From the NCBI GenBank assembly GCA_009936775.1, contig JAACDW010000247.1, positions 1 through 45,480 on the forward strand: 45,480 nt of DNA, given 5' to 3'. This stretch comes from Pseudomonadota bacterium. GTDB lineage: Bacteria; Pseudomonadota; Gammaproteobacteria; Pseudomonadales; Azotimanducaceae. Positions 39,045 to 45,480 of the stretch are shown one piece after another; the first letter of the stretch is position 1, and each line of letters starts with the position of its first letter. Under the pieces are notes generated by a model, which saw only the letters and a program-made list of their open reading frames with translations, had not been told where the DNA came from and did no database searches. Both the position numbers and the translations under genes were made by a program.

Positions 39045-39920
39045 TTATAACCACTTTCTAGGCTTCAAATATGCCCCTAAAGCGGCCTCTCGACTGCCTG
39101 CTTCAGGCTGATATTCGTATATCCACTTTACCAAGGGCGGCAGCGAGGCGAGTACCGATTCAATACGCCTGCCACTTTGCAGTCCATACTTGGTGCCTCG
39201 GTCGATGGCCAAGTTGAACTCTGCATAGCGGCCGCGTCGATACAGCTGAAAATCGCGCTCCCTAGGGGTAAAGGGCGTATGCATGCGGCGAGAAAAAATA
39301 GGCTGGTAGGCCGCGAGGAAAGAATCGCCAACGCGCTTGACTAGGTTAAAACTTTCGTCATATCCACCGGTGGTCCAGTCATCAAAAAAAATCCCCCCCA
39401 CACCTCGAGTCTCATCACGATGACTCAAATAAAAGTAATCGTCGCAGCTTGCTTTGAAAGTATGGTAGTGCTCGCCCACGGCGTCTGCGGCGGTTTGATG
39501 CCAAAGCACGACGTCTTCTTCGACTGGATAACAGGGCGTCAGGTCGTAGCCACCGCCAAAATACCAAACTGGCTGCTCGGCCTCGACATAAAAGAAACGC
39601 AAATTCATATGCGTAATGGGCACATGCGGGTTGCAGGGGTGCACGATAAGCGAGATTGCCGTGGCCTGAAACGCGCTACCCGCCAAATGTGGATTGCGCT
39701 CAGTGGCTGCCGGCGGCAGTGCTGCGCCCTTGGAGTGGGTGAACTGCACGGCTGCTTTTTCAATATGCCTGCCGTCTGCCAGTACCCGCGGCTGGGACAA
39801 ACCTCCCGTGGGCGGCTTAATTTGCTGCAGCGAAAAACTGGCTTGTCCGTCGAGGGCCTCCAATGCAGTGCAAATAGTGCGCTGCAACTGCAAAAAATAG
39901 CCAACCACTGGCTCAATCAT
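39045..39920 (-). CDS. hemF: Oxygen-dependent coproporphyrinogen III oxidase
   Basis: HP.NPHVP.THMNLRFF, FGGGYDLTP, RGVGGIFFD, QLYRRGRYAEFNL..DRGT.YGLQSG. Confidence 0.95.
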   Translation of the reverse strand: MIEPVVGYFLQLQRTICTALEALDGQASFSLQQIKPPTGGLSQPRVLADGRHIEKAAVQFTHSKGAALPPAATERNPHLAGSAFQATAISLIVHPCNPHVPITHMNLRFFYVEAEQPVWYFGGGYDLTPCYPVEEDVVLWHQTAADAVGEHYHTFKASCDDYFYLSHRDETRGVGGIFFDDWTTGGYDESFNLVKRVGDSFLAAYQPIFSRRMHTPFTPRERDFQLYRRGRYAEFNLAIDRGTKYGLQSGRRIESVLASLPPLVKWIYEYQPEAGSREAALGAYLKPRKWL

Positions 39921-40084
39921 GACTCATCCTAGGGCGTTGAATAACCGCATCATTGTATCGAGAAAGCCCCATTCAAGCGCTACACAAAGCCTGTTTAGCG
40001 ACCGTACATGTCTAACTTTGAGGCCGAATTATCTACCGAAAACAGGCTGCGGCAATTCCTAGCTAAACGCTAATTGGGCATACT

Positions 40085-41671
40085 ATGCGGATGCAATATA
40101 CAGATTTTTTACCCTACTTGGACGCGCTGGACAGTCTGGTGCGTAAAGCCTGCGCCCACCTTCACGGCGATCTCGATGAGGAACAAATAGAGCTATACGA
40201 TCTAGCCTTCGTGCAAGCCGAGTTGCTCGCTGCCCGCACCTTGATAGCGGAGACCCAGCAAAACCGCAGCCTCACTTCAGTTTGCAACTATTTCTGCGCC
40301 AACGCTGTGGTGTCGATTACCCAAAAATTAGCTGTGCGTCCGCAAACCTTCGGTCTAACCGCTGCTGAGTTGCCTGAACTGGAGCCGCTGCAAGACCACC
40401 TTGCGCCAAGTGCCATAGCGGCGCTAGGGCATCAATATTTGCAGCACGGGCTTGCGGACGACCGGCTGGACGACGAAAAGCGCATTATCCGCAACACTTT
40501 CAAAGACTTTGCTGACGATGTGGTAAAGCCTCTGGCCGAAGAGGTTCATCGCAAGGACCTGCTGGTGCCCGCAGAAATTTTAGAGCCGCTCAAGCAAATG
40601 GGTGTGTTTGGCCTCAGCGTACCCGAACGCTTCGGCGGTCTGAAGCCGGACAGCACCGAAGACAGCATGGGAATGGTCATTGTGACGGAAGAGCTGTCGC
40701 GAGGGTCGCTAGGCGCAGCGGGCAGTCTAATTACTCGCCCAGAAATTATGGCAAGAGCGCTGCTTGAAGGCGGCACAGACGAACAGCAGGCACGCTGGTT
40801 GCCGCAAATCGCCTCTGGTGAAACGCTTTGTGCGGTGTCGGTAACCGAACCCAACACGGGTTCTGACGTTGCATCGGTCGCTTTAAAGGCCACGCGTACC
40901 GATGGCGGCTGGCACCTTAATGGCGGCAAAACTTGGTGCACCTATGCTGGTGCGGCTGGCGCATTACTGGTTTTGGCGCGGACGAATCCAAATGCCAAAC
41001 CCGCGCACAAAGGCCTATCGTTATTTGTCGTTGAAAAGCCAACCTATGATGGCCACGATTTCGAGTTTGAGCAAAACACCGGGGGGCGTATGTCCGGCAG
41101 GGCCATTCCGACCCTAGGCTATCGAGGCATGCATTCCTTCGAAATGTCCTACCAGGACTTTTTTGTACCGGACGATTGCCTAATCGGCGGTACGAGTGGA
41201 GAGGGTAAGGGTTTTTATTTTACCATGCGAGGCTTTATGGGCGGCCGACTGCAAACCGCGGCCAGAGCCTGTGGCCTGATGCGCGCTGCCTTTGAAGAAA
41301 GCGTGTCTTATAGCCAAGACCGGATGGTCTTTGGGCGCTCGGTCGCCAGCTATCCACTGTCGCTGGCAAAGCTTGCGCGCATGGGCGCTCTGATTACAGC
41401 TTGTAAGGCCTTTACCGCGCATGTGGCGGGTCTAATGGACCAAGGTCTCGGGCAAATGGAAGCCAGCTTGGTAAAGCTGTTTTCCTGTCGAGCAGCCGAG
41501 TGGGTAACACGCGAAGGCGTGCAGTTGCATGGTGGCATGGGCTACGCTGAAGAAGTTGCAGTCAGCCGCTATTTCGCAGATGCTCGCGTGCTTTCCATAT
41601 TTGAAGGTGCCGAAGAAACGCTGGCGATACGCGTAGTCGGCAAGTCCCTTATTGACCAAGCAAGGAATTGA
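40085..41671 (+). CDS. Acyl-CoA dehydrogenase with N-terminal extension (methylsuccinyl-CoA dehydrogenase-like architecture)
   Basis: EELSRGSLGAAGSLITRPEI, VTEPNTGSD, LGYRGM, RLQTAARA, QLHGGMGYA, IFEGAEE. Confidence 0.85.
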   Translation: MRMQYTDFLPYLDALDSLVRKACAHLHGDLDEEQIELYDLAFVQAELLAARTLIAETQQNRSLTSVCNYFCANAVVSITQKLAVRPQTFGLTAAELPELEPLQDHLAPSAIAALGHQYLQHGLADDRLDDEKRIIRNTFKDFADDVVKPLAEEVHRKDLLVPAEILEPLKQMGVFGLSVPERFGGLKPDSTEDSMGMVIVTEELSRGSLGAAGSLITRPEIMARALLEGGTDEQQARWLPQIASGETLCAVSVTEPNTGSDVASVALKATRTDGGWHLNGGKTWCTYAGAAGALLVLARTNPNAKPAHKGLSLFVVEKPTYDGHDFEFEQNTGGRMSGRAIPTLGYRGMHSFEMSYQDFFVPDDCLIGGTSGEGKGFYFTMRGFMGGRLQTAARACGLMRAAFEESVSYSQDRMVFGRSVASYPLSLAKLARMGALITACKAFTAHVAGLMDQGLGQMEASLVKLFSCRAAEWVTREGVQLHGGMGYAEEVAVSRYFADARVLSIFEGAEETLAIRVVGKSLIDQARN

Positions 41672-41758
41672 TCAGGCTAGCAACCAATCAACCGTGAGCG
41701 CCGCGGCGCTACTTGATACGACAATTAACGATTTTTTTATACCGGACCAGGAGTCATC

Positions 41759-42973
41759 ATGGATTTGAGTTTTTCAGAGCAGGATCGAGCCTTTCAGGCG
41801 GAAGTGCGCGGCTGGCTAGAACAGGCATGGCCTCAGGAAATGCGCGACAAGCAAGGCCGTAGCGCATTGGGCAAGCTTTCTAAAGAAGATCTCGTTGGCT
41901 GGCAAAAGCGCCTAGCAGAAAAGGGTTGGGCGGCAACAAACTGGCCCAAGGAGCATGGTGGCGCTGCTTTCACGCCCACCGAAAGCTATATTTTTGATGC
42001 CGAACGTGCACGCGTAGGCGCCCCGGGTGTCGTACCTTTCGGCATCACCATGGTAGCGCCGGTGATCATGAAGTTCGGTACCGATGAGCAAAAAGCAAAG
42101 TTCCTGCCCTCGATTTTGAACTCAGATGTCTGGTTCTGCCAAGGATACTCCGAGCCGGGCTCTGGCTCTGACCTTGCGTCTTTGAAAACCAAGGCCGAAG
42201 ACAAGGGCGATCACTATTTGGTGAATGGTGTTAAAACTTGGACCACCATGGCCCAGTACGCTGATTGGATGTTCTGTTTGGTGCGCACCAGCAACGAAGA
42301 CATCCGCCAGATGGGCATCAGCTTCATTCTGATGGACATGAACACCCCTGGCATATCGGTCAAGCCGATTGTCACCCTAGATACCCCAGCCGAAGGCTAC
42401 CAAGAAATCAACATGGTTTATTGCGAGGACGTCAAGGTACCGAAGGAGAACCTCGTCGGTGAGCAAGGCAAGGGGTGGACCTGTGCCAAGTATTTGTTGG
42501 AATGTGAACGCGGTAACGCCTACTCACCGGGCCTTAAAGGTGCCATGGCGCATCTGAAGCAGGCCGCAGCAGCCGAGCAGGACGGTCTAGGTCAAGCCTT
42601 TGCCGACAGCCCCGACTTCATGAAAAAGTTCAACGACGTTGAAGTGCAAATTCTTGCCATGGAAGCAACAGAGCTGCGTATTCTCGGAGCACTGGCTGCG
42701 GGTCAAAACCTTGGGCCGGAAAGCTCGATTCTGAAAACTCGCGGTACAGAACTGCAGCAAGCCGTTACTGAGCTGGCGCTGGAAATTACTGGCACCTATG
42801 CTGCGCCTCTGGATCAGTCCACTCCGGCGCCCGGCGATAACTTCCAGCCAGTCGGCCCGCAAGCGTCGAACGGCGTGACTCAAGAGTATTTCAATACGCG
42901 CAAGGTCAGCATCTATGCAGGGTCGAACGAGATCCAGCGCAACATCATGTCGAAGCTAGTCCTAGGTCTGTAG
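41759..42973 (+). CDS. Acyl-CoA dehydrogenase (PimC-like)
   Basis: MDLSFS, WPKEHGG, CQGYSEPGSGSDLASL, SIYAGSNEIQRNI. Confidence 0.9.
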   Translation: MDLSFSEQDRAFQAEVRGWLEQAWPQEMRDKQGRSALGKLSKEDLVGWQKRLAEKGWAATNWPKEHGGAAFTPTESYIFDAERARVGAPGVVPFGITMVAPVIMKFGTDEQKAKFLPSILNSDVWFCQGYSEPGSGSDLASLKTKAEDKGDHYLVNGVKTWTTMAQYADWMFCLVRTSNEDIRQMGISFILMDMNTPGISVKPIVTLDTPAEGYQEINMVYCEDVKVPKENLVGEQGKGWTCAKYLLECERGNAYSPGLKGAMAHLKQAAAAEQDGLGQAFADSPDFMKKFNDVEVQILAMEATELRILGALAAGQNLGPESSILKTRGTELQQAVTELALEITGTYAAPLDQSTPAPGDNFQPVGPQASNGVTQEYFNTRKVSIYAGSNEIQRNIMSKLVLGL

Positions 42974-42998
42974 GCAAGTTGAGTGCCCGGGGAGGGTA

Positions 42999-43028
42999 GG
43001 TAAAAGGCGGCTTAGGCCGCCTTTTACC
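42999..43028. terminator. Bidirectional Rho-independent terminator between convergent genes
   Basis: GGTAAAAGGCGGC-TTAG-GCCGCCTTTTACC, a perfect 13-bp stem. Confidence 0.88.
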
Positions 43029-43089
43029 ATTTTTCGTTTGTTCCAACGAAACGGTCGGTGCCAAAAGCCTCATTGCCTTGCGCAGCCTT

Positions 43090-43677
43090 CTAACTGTTGA
43101 AGTTCTCTCCTTCAAAATCTTCAAACAAGCGCTTTGCCAAATCGTCTGATATGCGCGTCCACTTTCCCAACCATCGGCCCAAGCGGCTAATGCCCACAGA
43201 GGGGTTGGGGCTTTCCTTAATGAGGTTCTGGTACATGGTCCGGCGCATGCCATCACCGCGATTGTGCAAAATGGAAGCAATATTGGTGACCAGCTTTATG
43301 GCAATGCGGGGGTGCTCAACCACAATCTTGTTATACACGTCGATACTCAAGTAAAGGTAATCGCATTCCGTGCGTGACACTACGCTGGCGGTACGCGTGG
43401 CTTGGAGGACCAGATTGGTTTCACCGTTCAGGCAGGGACCGGAAAAGTTTCCCGTGTTCATGGCAACCGTGGTGAGGTTTACCCGGCACTTATAAAAGAC
43501 GGAAAAGTCGCCATTGAGTAGCAATAACAGGTCACTGCCGGTATCACCCTGAAACAGCAGAATCGTTCCTGCAGCCGCATGACGCTGTTCCATATAGCCG
43601 ACCAGAGTTTCGACTTCGTCGGTTTCAAGGTCGGGAATGACCTTTGCCACGGTTTCAAGTATTTCAGCTTGTTCCAA
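43090..43677 (-). CDS. Cyclic-nucleotide-binding domain protein (no obvious CRP HTH)
   Basis: GTILLFQGD.G..L.LLLNG, GE.NL....RTASV, HPRIAIKL; TTG start after GAGGGG. Confidence 0.8.
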   Translation of the reverse strand: MEQAEILETVAKVIPDLETDEVETLVGYMEQRHAAAGTILLFQGDTGSDLLLLLNGDFSVFYKCRVNLTTVAMNTGNFSGPCLNGETNLVLQATRTASVVSRTECDYLYLSIDVYNKIVVEHPRIAIKLVTNIASILHNRGDGMRRTMYQNLIKESPNPSVGISRLGRWLGKWTRISDDLAKRLFEDFEGENFNS

Positions 43678-43739
43678 TTCCCCTCTCCCTATTCTAATCA
43701 GTACCGGGGAATTCTGCCTAAATAGCCCCTAGGCGAACG

Positions 43740-44570
43740 CTACAGCTTATGAGTTTGGCCTTCTGTGGCGATGATGGTATGACCTTCCAGAGCCTCCACT
43801 TGTTCCTTGATGAGGTCCAAGTCTTCATCGACTACACCGGGATTAAAGCCCGCAAGCGCGAGGGTCTTTACGTTAGAGAAGCGTGCGGTCTTATAGCCCA
43901 CCTGCCAAGTAGAGTGCCCCCAACCCTTGAAGCTTGGATATTCTTCATCGCTGTAGGCTGCGTCAAATACCAGCATATCGGCGTTTTCTGCCAGCGCGGC
44001 AACACCGGGGTGGACACCTTCCTCTTCGACATGTTCATGATCTAGGCAATAGGCCAATGCCTTGTTGCCGTATTGAATACGAAACCCAGAACTGTCGTTG
44101 GGGTGATTCATGGCTTGAGCCGTCACCATGACGTCACCAAAAGCACGAGTTGCTCCAGAGGCCATTTCCGTAACCGACTTCACCCCCTGCAGAGCGGCGA
44201 AAGGGACCGGGAAGTTTGGCGGCAGCATTTGTCGATCCAGACAGGTTGCCAAAGGCGCGCCTTCGCGCTTGGGTCCTACGATGTGGATCTCGTTGCGCGG
44301 ATCGTAGGCAAGCTGGAAGAAGGGTAGGCCTTGAATATGATCCCAATGGGTATGGGTCAGAAACAGGTTGATCTTTACCGGGTCAGAGGTGGTCGCCCGA
44401 ACATGGCGGCCGAAACTTTGAATGCCGGTCCCGGCATCGAGCAGCAAAATTGAATCACCGGCGCGAACCTCCACGCAGGGGGTGTTACCGCCATACCGTG
44501 CGGTCTGAGGTCCGGGTACCGGTGTGGAACCTCTGATACCCCAAAAGGTGACGGCCATGCGTGGATCCAT
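43740..44570 (-). CDS. MBL-fold phosphodiesterase-like protein (RNase Z/PhnP-like)
   Basis: FWGIRGSTPVPG..RYGGNTPC, DAGTG, THTHWDHIQG, NHP, DHE, GWGHS. Confidence 0.85.
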   Translation of the reverse strand: MDPRMAVTFWGIRGSTPVPGPQTARYGGNTPCVEVRAGDSILLLDAGTGIQSFGRHVRATTSDPVKINLFLTHTHWDHIQGLPFFQLAYDPRNEIHIVGPKREGAPLATCLDRQMLPPNFPVPFAALQGVKSVTEMASGATRAFGDVMVTAQAMNHPNDSSGFRIQYGNKALAYCLDHEHVEEEGVHPGVAALAENADMLVFDAAYSDEEYPSFKGWGHSTWQVGYKTARFSNVKTLALAGFNPGVVDEDLDLIKEQVEALEGHTIIATEGQTHKL

Positions 44571-44867
44571 ACTCGCCCTTTTAGTGTTTTAAGAAATTAC
44601 GCAGCGTGCTTCCCAACAGGTCGACCAGACCCGCGGGGCGGCAATTATAACCCTCTCGAATCGTTGATTTATAGAGAGATTTTTCACACTTTGGCAATTT
44701 AGACGAGGCGGCCCCTGGAAGTTAAACCTCTTTATAAGCGCCGATACTGTGTTGCACGAGGCGCTATCTTAAATTCATTTTCACCAAAGTGTTGCATGAG
44801 GCATGAAGCTCTTGTCTACTGAATGTTACTGGGATCAGCCAAAAACAATAAAAGGGTTGAAGGGTCC

Positions 44868-45480
44868 GTGAGCAAACGACTGAACGATCTTTTGATCGGC
44901 AAAATTCGGCACAATCTGAAGACCCATTTGAACATCGTTTGCGGTTTCTCTGAACTGTTGCTCGAAGAACTGGAAGACGATGAGGTCAGTGCGAGCGACG
45001 CCGCCGCCGCAGCCCTGCAAAGCATCAATCAAAGCGGCGACAGCATTGTGCAATATATCGACCAGATTTTTGCCGCCCACAACTTTTCCCTTGAAGATGT
45101 TTTCGCCCAACTGAATATCCAAGCTTAGGCGTTCAAAAGCACTACTGACGAATTCATCGCGCGCATAAACCAGCAACTGGATTGGTGGCGGCAGCAGGGG
45201 CCACAGGACTTTTATGCACAATTCACTGAAGACTTCAGTAAGATTGATGCTGCCACTGCGGGGCTACGCGATAATGTGGAGAGCCTACAAAGTGGCTCAA
45301 TTAGCTCTGTGGAAACACTGGTTGACCATCAGGTACTCAGTCAGGACGACATCAATCTCATTGGTAAGTTTTCTGACTCTCTGGAAGCCACGCCGGATGT
45401 TCTGGAGACCAAATATCCTTCCGCCATTCTTGTAGTCGATGACAACCCGGCGAACACCGAATATCTGAGCCGCAAACTCA
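44868..45480 (+). CDS. Signalling protein with HisKA-like helix and receiver domain (3' truncated); in-frame TAG at 45126-45128
   Basis: RHNLKTHLNIVCGFSELLLEE resembles an H-box; reading through NIQA*AFKS stays open to the edge and reaches AILVVDDNPANTEYLSRKL (REC start). Confidence 0.75.

Noticed and set aside
6104-45128. Genome-wide TAG or TGA reassignment, or pyrrolysine
   Set aside because: Both codons end many full-length genes here, followed by terminators or start overlaps; only five internal stops occur among about 40 genes
209-45435. Numerous short overlapping or antisense ORFs in the ORF track, and long N-terminal extensions (pstS, rmuC, MORN, tctC, BON, CPT)
   Set aside because: Shadow frames of well-supported genes; starts were reassigned using RBS, signal peptides and gene overlaps

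Overview
Gene-dense chromosomal segment, probably from a marine gammaproteobacterium (inferred from a PdsS/PdsR-like two-component pair, long-form PstC and several acyl-CoA dehydrogenases). Gene order: a Pho-regulon block (porin-phoR-pstS-pstC, two Pho boxes, no phoB); a catabolic run (2-hydroxyacid dehydrogenase, MFS, ACAD, SDR); a nuclease-rich block (rmuC, small unknown, FAN1/VRR-NUC, nuclease-fused FeS helicase) followed by pyk; TauE; MORN protein plus a degenerate membrane Ser/Thr kinase; an MBL hydrolase; PdsS/PdsR-like TCS; a pnuC/NadR-like/phosphotransferase/sirtuin cluster; a beta-propeller, CPT-like kinase, PPTase, CNT transporter and ltaE; lactonase-tctCBA-exbD; BON lipoprotein; hemF; two ACADs; and a cNMP-binding/MBL/HisKA-REC module cut by the window end. 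No RNA genes, IS elements or CRISPR arrays were recognised. The most striking feature is five otherwise intact genes that each carry one in-frame stop (3 TAG, 2 TGA; both TGA sit in the same GTT-TGA-GGT context), plus an apparent ATT start, with no frameshifts seen. All family calls come from motif recognition by eye, not database searches.
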